64,000 nucleotides of DNA from an uncultured bacterium. GTDB taxonomy: Bacteria; Patescibacteriota; Saccharimonadia; UBA4664. A program made the position numbers and the translations under genes. The DNA lies in the NCBI GenBank assembly GCA_963720265.1, contig CAVRET010000002.1:136704-200703 (forward strand), written 5' to 3'. Of the stretch, positions 18,869-29,608 are shown one piece after another; the stretch's first letter is position 1, and each line of letters starts with the position of its first letter. Below the pieces are notes generated by a model. It was not told the DNA's origin. It ran no database searches and saw only the letters and a program-made list of their open reading frames with translations.

Positions 18869-19792
18869 GTGACTGCCGCTACCGGCATCCTTGAAACAAG
18901 GTACCTGGGCGCAGGTCAGACCATTGGCCCCTTTACCTTGATTGAGGCACTCGCGGTCACAGGGCTTTCGCAGGTCTGGAAGGCCGCCGAAACTCAGCTC
19001 CTCCTCACAACTCCGGCCGAGCAGCTACAGCCGGAGGATCTTAGAGTCTGCAAGCTCCCGCTCGGAACCGACCTTGAACGGCGAGGTCTCGCGGCCGAAA
19101 TGATCATCCGTGAGGCCGAGCTCCTCGAGCGACTCAAACGCCCACACGGCCGAAGGACTCCGCAAGTAGTAGAACTCCTCGGGCGCGAAAGCCGCACGCC
19201 GATTATGGTCGCGACGTACCTACCAGGCCGCGACCTTATGGACATCATCACCGAGGACGGTCCGCTGCCGTGGGCCAACGCCCTCGACATAGCGCAGCAA
19301 CTGGCCAGCATTGTCAGCTTTGCTGAGTTCCAGCGCATAATCCATCACGACGTCCGCCCAAAGAATATGCGGGTTGATGCCAACAATTATACCTCGCTCC
19401 TGGACTGGGGTATCGCAACTAGCCCCTACCTGGGGGCGTGGAGTGGCACTGGGCTCACCTTTGGCTCATCACTTTACGCCGCGCCTGAACGAATACGGGG
19501 CAACCCGGGCACCCCCGCGTCGGATGTCTGGTCCGTCGGTGCCACGCTCTTCTGCATGCTTACAGGATACAGCCCTTGCCGCCATACCGGGAAGGATCCT
19601 GACCAGATTTTCGCGGAGCGGCAAAAATCCGACGAGACTTTGCCGCTCGAGGCGGACGTACCGGACGAGGTTGCCAAGATCGTGGACTTTGCTCTGGCCA
19701 AGGAGCCCCACGATCGCCCAAGTGCGTTCCAGCTCGGCTGCCTCATGCGGACGTTTCTCGAACTCGACCGCCGTGATTACTCGACGTCCTAA
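18869..19792 (+). CDS. Hanks-type Ser/Thr protein kinase (kinase domain only)
   Basis: VCK, HHDVRPKN, DWG, YAAPE, DVWSVG. Confidence 0.88.
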   Translation: MTAATGILETRYLGAGQTIGPFTLIEALAVTGLSQVWKAAETQLLLTTPAEQLQPEDLRVCKLPLGTDLERRGLAAEMIIREAELLERLKRPHGRRTPQVVELLGRESRTPIMVATYLPGRDLMDIITEDGPLPWANALDIAQQLASIVSFAEFQRIIHHDVRPKNMRVDANNYTSLLDWGIATSPYLGAWSGTGLTFGSSLYAAPERIRGNPGTPASDVWSVGATLFCMLTGYSPCRHTGKDPDQIFAERQKSDETLPLEADVPDEVAKIVDFALAKEPHDRPSAFQLGCLMRTFLELDRRDYSTS

Positions 19793-19898
19793 CCGAGAAA
19801 CGGCATCGTACCCAGGTGACGGTTTGACGTTGAACGAAGGGAGCCGCCCTCACCGGCGGCCCCTTCTTCAACAGCAATCATATAAGCAGCCGATGCTG

Positions 19899-20591
19899 CT
19901 ATTTTTTGTCCCGGCGATCCTTGTCGCCTTCGTTCTCCTCACTCACTACTGCCGGCTCATCCTCTTTAGCGCCTTCAGGCAGCTCGGCTGACTCATCAAT
20001 CGCCTCATCGAGCTCAGCGATCTCTTCATCACTACGCGGCGGTTCAACCTTGGCCACGAGCACGTCGGTATCATCCGCCACTAATTTCACCCCAGCAGGC
20101 ACAGCCAGATCGGCCAGTGTGATCGTCTTGTCAAAATCGTCCAGGATCGAGATATCTACCTCAATTGCTTCCGGCAAATCAGCCGGCAGACATTCCACCT
20201 CGACCATTTCAACATTCTTTAGCAAGGTACCCTCATCTTGATACACAGCCGTCGACTCGCCGACAAATCTCAGCGGGATTTCGGTGCGCAAAACTTCATC
20301 CATACGTACGGCGTAGAAATCAACGTGGAGCAGCTGGCCCCGCAATGGTCCCAGCTGAACATCGTGGATCAACACGTTGCGTGTCCGTCCGTCCCCCACT
20401 TTCAATGCCACGATCTTGTTGCCGCCGGCATGGGCATATACCCGCTCAAGCAACCTGGCCTCAACCTCGAGGGGCTCAGATTTTACCCCGCGCCCGTAAA
20501 TGACAGCCGGAACCATACCCTGCGTGCGCAGGGCTTTAGTTTTATGCCCCAGCGTTGTGCGCTTGGACGCGAGCAGTTCAATTTTTTCCAT
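19899..20591 (-). CDS. rplY: 50S ribosomal protein L25/Ctc
   Basis: LRTQGMVPAVIYG, LHVDFY, ECLPADLPE. Confidence 0.93.
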   Translation of the reverse strand: MEKIELLASKRTTLGHKTKALRTQGMVPAVIYGRGVKSEPLEVEARLLERVYAHAGGNKIVALKVGDGRTRNVLIHDVQLGPLRGQLLHVDFYAVRMDEVLRTEIPLRFVGESTAVYQDEGTLLKNVEMVEVECLPADLPEAIEVDISILDDFDKTITLADLAVPAGVKLVADDTDVLVAKVEPPRSDEEIAELDEAIDESAELPEGAKEDEPAVVSEENEGDKDRRDKK

Positions 20592-20920
20592 TACTTCCCC
20601 TTCTTCACGAAATGCTTTGACTTCGAAATCCAACGATGGAACTCCGCGATTTCACCGGCCGAAATCGCCCCTTTGGCTGCAAACTTTGCCTCCTCGCTTT
20701 GCCTGAGATCACTCTTGCGCTTGCCGCCGGTCTTGCCGTTAACACTCACCGTTGCCAATACCGGCAATGAACAATTGTGGCAAGACAATTGCACAAAGCA
20801 GTACAAGTCTATTTCTCCCAAGAAACGAATGTCGTCGAAATGGTAGTTTGTCTCGCACGACGGGCACTTATAGAACTCCTGCAGATTACGGATGAGCTCT
20901 TGAAGGTACTTTGGGTGCAT
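20591..20920 (-). CDS. Small Zn-binding hypothetical protein
   Basis: CPSC...CHNC; coupled to rplY. Confidence 0.7.
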   Translation of the reverse strand: MHPKYLQELIRNLQEFYKCPSCETNYHFDDIRFLGEIDLYCFVQLSCHNCSLPVLATVSVNGKTGGKRKSDLRQSEEAKFAAKGAISAGEIAEFHRWISKSKHFVKKGK

Positions 20921-20987
20921 GTTGGGGGCCTCCCCTTACAAGCCCATCTTAGCACCCGCAGGGTACCTGCAACAAACATATGAGGTT

Positions 20988-22049
20988 CTAGGACGCCGCT
21001 TTGCCCCGCCTAACCCAATCGCGCCACAGCAAAGCCGTAATTGCGCAGGCCATGAGCACAACCACCGCAATCAGGGCCAAAAGCTTATCAAACGAACCCA
21101 CTCTAAGCGCTACCACCCCAAACAATGCCGACACTGCATACAACAAAAGCACCGCCTGGCGCTGGGTCATGCCGGCGTCCAACAGCAAGTGATGAAAATG
21201 CCGACGGTCGGCCCGAAACGGCGAGGTTCCCCTAGCCAAGCGCCTGGTCGCCACCCACAACGCGTCGACAATCGGAAATCCCAGCACCAACACAGTGGTA
21301 GCAAGTTTAGCCCCAGAATAGATTGCCAGCATCGCCAGGCACAGACCCAAAAAATAGGCGCCTGAGTCTCCCATAAAAATTCGGGCCGGATAAAAATTGT
21401 AGGGCAAAAATCCCAATGCCGCTCCGGCCAAAATGATTGCCAGTAGCGCTACCTCAGGTTGGTTGACGTGCGGCCCCACGGCCACACCAAACATCACCAG
21501 TGCCGCGATCGCGGACACACCTGACGCCAAGCCATCAAGGCCGTCCAAGAAATTAATCGTGTTGGCCAACCCCACCATCCATAGCAGACTCAACGCGTTG
21601 GCAACCGGAGTAATGTGAAAGTGAACCGTTGCAACTTCAAAACTGGTCCGCCCCCAACTTAAATCAATGATCCCTCCAAACGGGTTCGTCAGCGTTGTAA
21701 TACCAATTCCGCCCGCCAGCGCCACGCCTGCTGCAACAAACTGGCCGACTAGCTTAACGCCCGGTGACAGTCCTCGGATGTCATCAATGACACCTATCAC
21801 GACCAAAATCGCGCATCCCGCAATCAGCGCGTCGAGCTGTCGACTACCCGGCAAAAACACCGCCACCCCAGCCAAAAAGCCTACAAAAATCGCCACTCCG
21901 CCAAGATAGGCAATGGGACGCTTATGAATCTTACGCCCCTCAGCATCCGGCTGGTCGACAATACCGTTTGCCAGAGCCATGCGCCTCACGGCCGGTGTTA
22001 AGGCCGCCGTCACCCCGGCCGCCACCGCAAACGCCAGCACATAGCTCAT
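20988..22049 (-). CDS. Undecaprenyl-phosphate GlcNAc-1-P transferase (WecA/TagO family)
   Basis: RKIH, GVIDD, NFLDGLDGL, FMGDSG, HFHH. Confidence 0.92.
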   Translation of the reverse strand: MSYVLAFAVAAGVTAALTPAVRRMALANGIVDQPDAEGRKIHKRPIAYLGGVAIFVGFLAGVAVFLPGSRQLDALIAGCAILVVIGVIDDIRGLSPGVKLVGQFVAAGVALAGGIGITTLTNPFGGIIDLSWGRTSFEVATVHFHITPVANALSLLWMVGLANTINFLDGLDGLASGVSAIAALVMFGVAVGPHVNQPEVALLAIILAGAALGFLPYNFYPARIFMGDSGAYFLGLCLAMLAIYSGAKLATTVLVLGFPIVDALWVATRRLARGTSPFRADRRHFHHLLLDAGMTQRQAVLLLYAVSALFGVVALRVGSFDKLLALIAVVVLMACAITALLWRDWVRRGKAAS

Positions 22050-23743
22050 TTCTTGGTGGCTTTCTCAGTTACATAGAAACCAACGTATTTGCCAAACATC
22101 AACCTGGTCTGTGCATTGATCGCAGCAAAAGCCGAAAAAGCAATGCTGGTGACCGGCAGCAAAAACCATTGCAGCATCATGGGGATATACCTCCATCCCC
22201 GATAGCGCGCCGGCTTGGGCGGCAGCGATACGAGACTGACGAACATTGTAATAACAATCGTTATCGAAGCCAAAGTTAAAATCCGTGAGGTAATAATCGG
22301 CAAATTGTGCGCCAACGCCTGGTAGGAAAATTGCCGGTTCAAATACAACGGCAGCCAGGCCACAAACGTAAGCAAAAGCGGGGCCGTGGCCCACGAAAAG
22401 TGACCTTCAAACAGTCGACCGATCTGAGGCAACTTCTCCGACCACGGAATCCGGCGATTGGCGATGGAGTTACGTACCACGTACTGGAAGTCACCGATCC
22501 CCCACGCCCACCGCCTCAGTTGGTAAAACTGGGCTTTAAATGTCTTGAGATACGTGGCCGCCAGTACCGCATCCTGGTACACCGGTGTGTAGACCGGCAC
22601 GACTTCATGGTCGCCGTCAAACGTAAAATAGGTGCGCCAAAACTGAAAGCCGTCTTCCACAATTGAGGTAACGCTCCAATAATCGGTCGCAATTAGTGCT
22701 GCCAAGCTCTGAGCGTGCGCCGCGAAATTGCGCAACCGATGTGGCCGCATCGTCTCCATCAACAGCCAAAAGGTATTACCGGTGGCAATAACGCGCATTG
22801 GCGCCGGTGCATCCCAAATGTTGTTGTAAAACATCGGAATCGGCTGAAAACTCTTATGCACACGGTTTGGATCGGTGGCATAAAGATAGGTTAAGTAACT
22901 GAAGTAGTTTTTGCTTGCGCGATTGTCGGCGTCAAACGTTGTTATCACAATGCGTTCGGGATCAATCTTGCGCCGCCGTACCTCGGCTGTCAGCTCCCTG
23001 GCCGCATAACTAATGTTTGCCCCTTTCACGCGGCCCTCACCCGGTCGGCCGTCAGGGTGTTTAATCGCCATTGCCATCGCGAATTCGTCGCCGTAGCGGG
23101 CAACCAGCGTTTCGGCGTTAGCTTCGGTTTGCTCACCTCCGCGCGCTTCATAGGCGACCACCAGAATTATCTGCTTCAGATTAAAATCTGACTCAACTAA
23201 CGATCGCACCGAGGGTTCAAGAATATCGATCGACTCGTTTACTGTTGCAAAAATTACAGCGTTATATATATCATCCGGGTTCATGATTACGCGCTCATGC
23301 TGGCGCAAGACCGCTAGACGCTCACGTTCGTCAAGGAGAACCGCGTATCGCCTCCGAGCCTTGGTCCACCCAGTCCACCAGCGTTTAAGTACCTCCGGAT
23401 GCTTTGCTACCAGCTCTTCAAGTTCTTGCTCATTCTGAGCCTGTGCGCCGGCGATATCGTGAAGCTCTTCAAGTCGACCGTTCCAATCAACCGTTTGCGC
23501 CACATGTAAACGCCCATATCCCCGGATCAAATTAACCGCCAGCCTAAATGACTTAATCATCCAATACAGATCAAACGCGATAATAAAGTATGCCACCCAC
23601 ACGGGCTCAACCAAACTCAAGACCACGGGCAAGACCAAAACTGCCCACGTAGTAGCGCCGGGAACTATCTCAAGAAAACGAATAAACCAACGCTCGTCAA
23701 TAAACCGCGGCGGCACGCGTTCCGCTACAGCCACACCACTCAT
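22046..23743 (-). CDS. Membrane GT2-family glycosyltransferase
   Basis: KGAN, DAD, ED, QLRRWAWG. Confidence 0.85.
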   Translation of the reverse strand: MSGVAVAERVPPRFIDERWFIRFLEIVPGATTWAVLVLPVVLSLVEPVWVAYFIIAFDLYWMIKSFRLAVNLIRGYGRLHVAQTVDWNGRLEELHDIAGAQAQNEQELEELVAKHPEVLKRWWTGWTKARRRYAVLLDERERLAVLRQHERVIMNPDDIYNAVIFATVNESIDILEPSVRSLVESDFNLKQIILVVAYEARGGEQTEANAETLVARYGDEFAMAMAIKHPDGRPGEGRVKGANISYAARELTAEVRRRKIDPERIVITTFDADNRASKNYFSYLTYLYATDPNRVHKSFQPIPMFYNNIWDAPAPMRVIATGNTFWLLMETMRPHRLRNFAAHAQSLAALIATDYWSVTSIVEDGFQFWRTYFTFDGDHEVVPVYTPVYQDAVLAATYLKTFKAQFYQLRRWAWGIGDFQYVVRNSIANRRIPWSEKLPQIGRLFEGHFSWATAPLLLTFVAWLPLYLNRQFSYQALAHNLPIITSRILTLASITIVITMFVSLVSLPPKPARYRGWRYIPMMLQWFLLPVTSIAFSAFAAINAQTRLMFGKYVGFYVTEKATKK

Positions 23744-24147
23744 TTAATTGCCCCGAACGCCATAGAGATAATAAAGCTAAAGAACGCCACCACATTTGAG
23801 CCCGCCAGCAAGAAAAAACTACTTAACCGGCTGCGACCGAAACTGTGATATGCAATAAAGCCATTCAGCAATGTCAAAACAATCGCGAGCAGTGCAATCT
23901 CAAACGGAAAGTACCACGGCCCTAGATTTTCGAATCCGCCTCCGAGATTCGTGTAATGCGTCGGAACCTCGACACCGTTTGGACGCACCCGAAACGCCAA
24001 CGCCATAATATCGAGACCATTTACAATCAGGGCTACCACGAGAAGGGTCACTGACAAGCGATCATGAAAAAACCGCGCCTGGCGGGTAGTCGTCAGTATA
24101 TCCCCGATTTTGCGCCTAGCCGCCGTCGCGGCTTGGAGACCTTTCAT
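23740..24147 (-). CDS. Membrane protein (3 TM)
   Basis: Hydrophobic segments, VPTHY motif. Confidence 0.65.
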   Translation of the reverse strand: MKGLQAATAARRKIGDILTTTRQARFFHDRLSVTLLVVALIVNGLDIMALAFRVRPNGVEVPTHYTNLGGGFENLGPWYFPFEIALLAIVLTLLNGFIAYHSFGRSRLSSFFLLAGSNVVAFFSFIISMAFGAIK

Positions 24148-24306
24148 GCCTGGGATTATACCACCCCGCCCTAAATGTAAGCGAGACCAGATGGCAAATA
24201 CTCATGGATAATCAATTTATTCATTCAAATATCAGCCAACCATCACCATCTATTTGGATGATTTACACAATATCGTTGACTTTATTACAACGACATTCAA
24301 TAGAAC

Positions 24307-25542
24307 TCAACGCGGCATGTAACTACTCCACATAAATAAATAGGTAGCATAAGCACTCAGCCCCACTGACAGCAACCACAGTCCAGCCTCCAACTTAGTA
24401 ATATGGTTGGGCAGGTATTCAACCATGAGAACCAAAAACCAAGGTAGCAAAATCATGGCATAGCGGTATGAGTACTGCCAGCCGCCCGGGTTCCCGTGAA
24501 TCCATAGTACAAATGTCAGGACAACAATACTCGCCCATGCCAATATTACGCGGAGCTTGTCGCCCGTTGGTTTGCGAAACAGCAGCAACAAAAATGGACT
24601 TGCAAGTAATATCGAGCCACCCCACCCTGTAGGCACGAGATATGGCCAGCCATGAGCCCTCTGCCATCCATCCCACAGCATTTGCCTAGCATTGCCGCCT
24701 ATCGCATATAGCGAAAAAATTCCATGCTGATACCACGGCTCACGCAGCACCCCTGGTATATGCGCATAACCAAAATCCGCCACTGAGCCAAAACGCGCCT
24801 CATTATATATGAGTGTGGCAATACCCAACACCACCGGCACTGCGCAAAACTTCAGGACCATCGGCCAAACGCGCACCACAAACGCTCGCCACGACCCTAA
24901 GCTGCTCCAATATGGCCGCAATAAAAACGCCAGCAGCACCGGTGCCGTCAACAGCACTTCGGTCCGGTTCCCAAATGCCACCGCGAGCGCGACACCGGCC
25001 AAAAACGGTCGCGGCCGTACCACGCTCCAATATAACGCCGCGAGCTCCCCCGCCACCGCTAACCCAAGCGCCAATTGCCAGGCTCCGGCAAACAACAAAT
25101 TCGTCATAAACCACGTCCCAACTACCAGCCAAAGCGCCAACATTACCCGCTTGGAAATACTCAATTCATGACGCACAAACGTATAAGCATAGGCCAGGCC
25201 CACGCTGCCCGCGGCCAACATCGCCACGAAAAAGTTCACCGGATACGTCGTTAGCAATCCAGCAGCCACCAGCGCCGACAACGGCAGTACCGACAGCACC
25301 GCCCCGAGCGGAAACACCGAATAATATAACCCGCGACCCGCGGGTACCAGTTCATTCAACCACGACGGCGCATAGTTCGTACCAAGCTGTCCATGCAAAA
25401 ACGCAGTCGCGATGACAAACGTATAATTTAACAATTGATAATACTGCTGCTGGGCCAGCAACCAAAAACCCAACCCGGTTACGGCCGTGAGGAGCAGTCC
25501 AATCCAGACATTTCTGCTCTTAAGTTTGCTCGCATGCAACAT
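24307..25542 (-). CDS. Polytopic membrane protein, GT-C-like
   Basis: Multiple TMs; YNEARFG...DFGY; GGWQYSYRY. Confidence 0.65.
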   Translation of the reverse strand: MLHASKLKSRNVWIGLLLTAVTGLGFWLLAQQQYYQLLNYTFVIATAFLHGQLGTNYAPSWLNELVPAGRGLYYSVFPLGAVLSVLPLSALVAAGLLTTYPVNFFVAMLAAGSVGLAYAYTFVRHELSISKRVMLALWLVVGTWFMTNLLFAGAWQLALGLAVAGELAALYWSVVRPRPFLAGVALAVAFGNRTEVLLTAPVLLAFLLRPYWSSLGSWRAFVVRVWPMVLKFCAVPVVLGIATLIYNEARFGSVADFGYAHIPGVLREPWYQHGIFSLYAIGGNARQMLWDGWQRAHGWPYLVPTGWGGSILLASPFLLLLFRKPTGDKLRVILAWASIVVLTFVLWIHGNPGGWQYSYRYAMILLPWFLVLMVEYLPNHITKLEAGLWLLSVGLSAYATYLFMWSSYMPR

Positions 25543-25762
25543 ACCCGAAGCATATCAAATTTCAACATGTCTGCGATGGGAAAAACTGCATAAGCGTTGT
25601 ACAGAAAACCACACATGTCATTATTTTTATCTTTATTTTGAATCACAATTCTGGTAAAAGTCATGATTAATGTGAGCTTGTGGACTGCTAGCTTTGAAAG
25701 GTCGTGTTCGCACGACGGCTGTCTAGAGAGCGCGGGCCACAACGGAACCCGCCACAGCCAAA

Positions 25763-26638
25763 ATGGAAGGGGCAGCAATGTCTCAGGACCGTAACCGGCA
25801 GGACGGGCGTCAGCCCCGTCAGCCTGGGGATCAGCTCACGTTGGGTCAAACCGGTCAGTCGAGCTTCTACTCGCCCGAGGCCATCCGCAAGCGCCCGGTC
25901 TTCCCGTGGCAGCCGGCCCAGAGCCAGGAGGTTATCGCGCATCTCGATGACTTCGCTGTCCGGCTCTTCCGCGGCGAGCTAGATCACCCGTACGAGGAGC
26001 GGACGCGCCCGGGAGGCGTGCTTGTGCTCTTCATCCCGACCTGCTTCCAGGGGCCGCACCACACGCTCGCCCTGAGCAAGATGGCCTACTACATGGCGGA
26101 GACACCGGTGAACCCCGGTATCGCCAGCGTATTCAGCCAGGCGGCCGACAACGCTGCCGAGACCGACATCGAGTCCTGGATGACAGACACGGTCCGGGCC
26201 ATCGAGTATGGCAGCCTCTTCTGCGTCTACCAACGCATCCAGGGCGTGCCGGCAAGCCGTCTCGCCACCACCGCACGCGCGATCCGGCGCAACATCAAGT
26301 CGGTGCGCCCGGTGCTCGAGGCGAAGGACAGCACCAGGCGCCTCGCCATCTGCGAGATCTGTGCCACCGCACTGCAGCTGATCAGCGCCGACTACGACGG
26401 CGTTCCGCCGCGCCTTCTGAGCATCATCCGTCTGCTCGGCGAGGAGTTCACCATGCCGGATGCCGCTCAGCAACTCACCCGCGGCCTCATGGGCGAGAGC
26501 GAGTGGGCACTGAAGTCCGCCCAGGCAGGCGCCACCTTCCAGCGCGGATCCGAACTCGAGCGGAGCGCCAATGCAGCCAACACCGGTGCCGGTATGCACC
26601 CGGCCACCATTCGCGCCGGCCAGCCCGCCCACGCCTGA
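25763..26638 (+). CDS. Hypothetical protein (GC-rich)
   Basis: 291-aa ORF with strong GC3 bias. Confidence 0.6.
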   Translation: MEGAAMSQDRNRQDGRQPRQPGDQLTLGQTGQSSFYSPEAIRKRPVFPWQPAQSQEVIAHLDDFAVRLFRGELDHPYEERTRPGGVLVLFIPTCFQGPHHTLALSKMAYYMAETPVNPGIASVFSQAADNAAETDIESWMTDTVRAIEYGSLFCVYQRIQGVPASRLATTARAIRRNIKSVRPVLEAKDSTRRLAICEICATALQLISADYDGVPPRLLSIIRLLGEEFTMPDAAQQLTRGLMGESEWALKSAQAGATFQRGSELERSANAANTGAGMHPATIRAGQPAHA

Positions 26639-26766
26639 CCACTGGCAGGCACGGGCAACACGATCACGCCGCAGTAGTGCGGCCTAACAGCACAACTCCG
26701 GACCATCTGGTCCGGGGAGCCGTGCGATCGGGGGCCAGTTCCCCCGGCCGCACGGCCAACCCGTAA

Positions 26767-27465
26767 TCATATTCCTAAATATTGCCAATGCCAGGGCTCA
26801 GGGCGCATGCCAAACTCGTTACCCTCTTTCCAGCTCTCGAAAAATCCGTACTCTGCCGCGTGCACCTGCAGCCATGCATACTCGGCCGTATCCCGAAACC
26901 CATCGAGGTCGTCCGCCGCAGGCTGGCCGTCTACATTCACAACATCAATCGCCGTCTTACTCGCACTCGTGTGCTGCGAATACGCCGGCGGCGACGCATG
27001 CCGAACCGTCCGCGCAATATCGCCCTCATATGCGCTATTACACCAACTGATAAAGGTAACTATCTGGCTCGCCGGTGATCGATAACCCGACGAAACCAAC
27101 AGTTTGCGCCCTGAATGTGCCGCCTCAAACGCGCGATTCATTCGCTCAAATGCCATATATATCGGCCGCGGCATCAACTTTTCGCTAATGATATGGGCTT
27201 CACCATTGCGCCACACCCTCTGGCCCGTCACCCTTACCAAATCATTCGGCACCGCTTCCACGCCCAAATATGGTATTGTCACGCCGTAATCCTTAGGATC
27301 AAGCGTCAATATCCGCTCTACCACCTCACGCTGTCTTGGATTGAGCGCCCCTTCTAGCTCCCCGAGCGTCAGCGCCGGTGTCAGCCGCCCCTGTTCCTTT
27401 AGCCGGTCAAACACCGCCGCAAAGCTATCCAGTACCACCTTCGGTGCGAGTCTTCTAATATCCAT
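26767..27465 (-). CDS. M15B D,D-carboxypeptidase (VanY-like)
   Basis: SGYRS, SQH....AID, EPWHW. Confidence 0.88.
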   Translation of the reverse strand: MDIRRLAPKVVLDSFAAVFDRLKEQGRLTPALTLGELEGALNPRQREVVERILTLDPKDYGVTIPYLGVEAVPNDLVRVTGQRVWRNGEAHIISEKLMPRPIYMAFERMNRAFEAAHSGRKLLVSSGYRSPASQIVTFISWCNSAYEGDIARTVRHASPPAYSQHTSASKTAIDVVNVDGQPAADDLDGFRDTAEYAWLQVHAAEYGFFESWKEGNEFGMRPEPWHWQYLGI

Positions 27466-27472
27466 ACCAGTA

Positions 27473-27979
27473 TTATAAATTCAATGACGATACTGCCGCG
27501 CGCAAATCTGCAAGCTTAAGCTCAACCCGAAAATCGCGAATAAAACTACTACCACGCCGTTCAATGTCGTTGGTCCAGACGCGCCTCGGCATGCCCTTAT
27601 AGACGCGGCGAACCGCCGGCCCCAGAAAGTGGCCTGGATCGGCGCGTACATCTTCATGTTTCAAGCGCCGAGCCTTAATTACCTCCGCGGTGTCAGTCAG
27701 CTCCACGGCACTTGCCTCGAAATACACTCCTACACCCTGTCCTTCCGGAACAGTTGAATCATAGATTACGAGAAAAACCTCGCCGTTATCTTTCACATTG
27801 CGCGAATGCCGGCCTTCCTTATCCGAAAACCAATACCAGTTAAGCTCGTCGTCAAACACTGCCTGCACAGGCGAATTCCAAGGCCGTGCATCAGGAGTTA
27901 CCGAGGCCACCGTTATGTACTGAATGCGCCGGATGATATCGGCCGCGCGCCAGGTATAAATTTGGGTTGATCGTTTCAT
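27473..27979 (-). CDS. Pyridoxamine 5'-phosphate oxidase-like FMN-binding protein
   Basis: TVASV...PWNSPV...HSRN. Confidence 0.8.
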   Translation of the reverse strand: MKRSTQIYTWRAADIIRRIQYITVASVTPDARPWNSPVQAVFDDELNWYWFSDKEGRHSRNVKDNGEVFLVIYDSTVPEGQGVGVYFEASAVELTDTAEVIKARRLKHEDVRADPGHFLGPAVRRVYKGMPRRVWTNDIERRGSSFIRDFRVELKLADLRAAVSSLNL

Positions 27980-28056
27980 CAGAGACAAACCTACACCAAG
28001 TCGATAAATTTCAAAAATTGTTGTGCAAAAAATGCACAACTACTAGAATAAGCGCT

Positions 28057-28839
28057 ATGACAAATACCCGTACTGCCATTCGCAGCTACTTCACGCGCCT
28101 CGGTCTCACCGCCGAAATCGCTGATCTCTATCTGACACTCCATACGAACGGCCCACAGACCATATCTGAACTGTCTCGCAATGCCGGCGTCGAGCGTACT
28201 CGCATCTATCGCCTGCTTAAACAACTGCGAGCTGTTGGTCTCATCGAAGTCGCATCACAATACAAGCGCAGCATCATTAGCGCTGCACCGGCGTCCAACC
28301 TGCAAATCCTCGTAGGCCAAAAACAAGATTCCGCAAAGCGTCTCGAAACCGAACTGCCCGCCGTCCAGCAATTGTTAACGGCGGGCGCCGCCAGCTCCCC
28401 CACTACCCCCATTCAGTACTATCAAGGCGCACAGGGTTTGCGCCAAATGCTCTGGAACGAGCTCTGCGCCAACACTGAAATCATGGCCTACTCGTACCAA
28501 ATATTTGACGAGGGCATGGGCCGCCCGTTCATGACCAAGTGGGTCGTTGAGTTCGAGCAGCGCAACCTGCATAAGAAAATCCTGTTTAACGACGCCTATG
28601 TTAAAAGCTGGCACGACCGCCCCGGCAATCGAATCAAAGGTATGGAGTACCACTACATCAACCCACACATCCTCACTGTCCAGCACACCTGCAACATCTA
28701 TGACGAGGTCACCTGCTACCTCAGCTGGAGAGACGGCGAAATTTTCGGCGTTGAGATTTACAACCGCGACATCGCAAACGTCCAGCGTCAGTTGCTCAGG
28801 CAAATCTGGCCGCTCTCACAACCGGAAACCAGATTTTAA
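28057..28839 (+). CDS. TrmB-family transcriptional regulator
   Basis: GLT.E.A.LYL.L...ELSR.AGVERT.IY; YYQG.QG; IYD. Confidence 0.85.
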   Translation: MTNTRTAIRSYFTRLGLTAEIADLYLTLHTNGPQTISELSRNAGVERTRIYRLLKQLRAVGLIEVASQYKRSIISAAPASNLQILVGQKQDSAKRLETELPAVQQLLTAGAASSPTTPIQYYQGAQGLRQMLWNELCANTEIMAYSYQIFDEGMGRPFMTKWVVEFEQRNLHKKILFNDAYVKSWHDRPGNRIKGMEYHYINPHILTVQHTCNIYDEVTCYLSWRDGEIFGVEIYNRDIANVQRQLLRQIWPLSQPETRF

Positions 28840-28849
28840 AATAAGTCCT

Positions 28850-28942
28850 TGGTGCTCCATCGTCAGGGATGTTAGAACCAGAGTCATGGAGCTGGGGCTA
28901 GAGTATCCCCTTCCCAACTATTCCGCACAGAGTCAGATTTAG
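28850..28942 (+). repeat. attP-like arm, tRNA-Gly array copy A
   Basis: TGGTGCTCCATCGTCAGGGATGTTAGAACC...ATTTAG, near-identical to 30117-30212. Confidence 0.85.
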
Positions 28943-28946
28943 TTTT

Positions 28947-29603
28947 TTATTGATTCTTGAGGAGCTTAATTTGGTAGGCATGGTAAGTAAAACCAGACCG
29001 ACCGCTCTTTGAGCCAACATGTTTCATCTCGTAGTCGTATTGCCTTGCCAGTCCGGGCAGCAGTTCTTGGTTTGCAAAGTCCGACCAGGAGATGTAGGCT
29101 GCGCCACCAGGAACGAGATACTCTCTCAATTCTTTAAAGAACGTCTTTACTACCCGATTACCTTCATCCCAGAAACAAATCGCAGTTTTATCAGGGGCCG
29201 GATGGTCAGTATACGGTGGGTTGATGGTAATGGTATTGAACTTTGAGCCCATCCTTGGAAATAAATCCGTCTCTATGAAGTGAACGTTCGCAACGCCCAA
29301 CTGCTTAGCATTGAGTTGTGCGTTTTTAATCGCAGCCGGGTTTAAATCTGTCCCGATAACGTGACCCGCCCCATGTAACGCCGCGTAAAGCGCAACAATA
29401 CCGTTGCCGGTGCACAAATCCAACACCGAATCCCCTGTTTTAATTTCGATGCTTTCGCAAAGCATCTCGCTATCTGCTCCACCCGGGTAAACATGCGGCA
29501 ATACCGTAAAACGTACACCCGCTAGTTCGTTTTCGAACGAAGCATCAAGCTGCCTGTAATCATCTATTTTCCGGGCTTGAAGCTGAAGCGAGGTTTCACT
29601 CAT
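28947..29603 (-). CDS. Class I SAM methyltransferase (HemK-like)
   Basis: VLDLCTGNG, TDLN, NPPY. Confidence 0.85.
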   Translation of the reverse strand: MSETSLQLQARKIDDYRQLDASFENELAGVRFTVLPHVYPGGADSEMLCESIEIKTGDSVLDLCTGNGIVALYAALHGAGHVIGTDLNPAAIKNAQLNAKQLGVANVHFIETDLFPRMGSKFNTITINPPYTDHPAPDKTAICFWDEGNRVVKTFFKELREYLVPGGAAYISWSDFANQELLPGLARQYDYEMKHVGSKSGRSGFTYHAYQIKLLKNQ

Positions 29604-29608
29604 AACTG

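Noticed and set aside
25979-26632. Long antisense ORFs (also 32233-32997, 33750-34391, 40700-41365, 61426-62121)
   Set aside because: Shadows of better-supported genes on the opposite strand, expected from GC3 bias.
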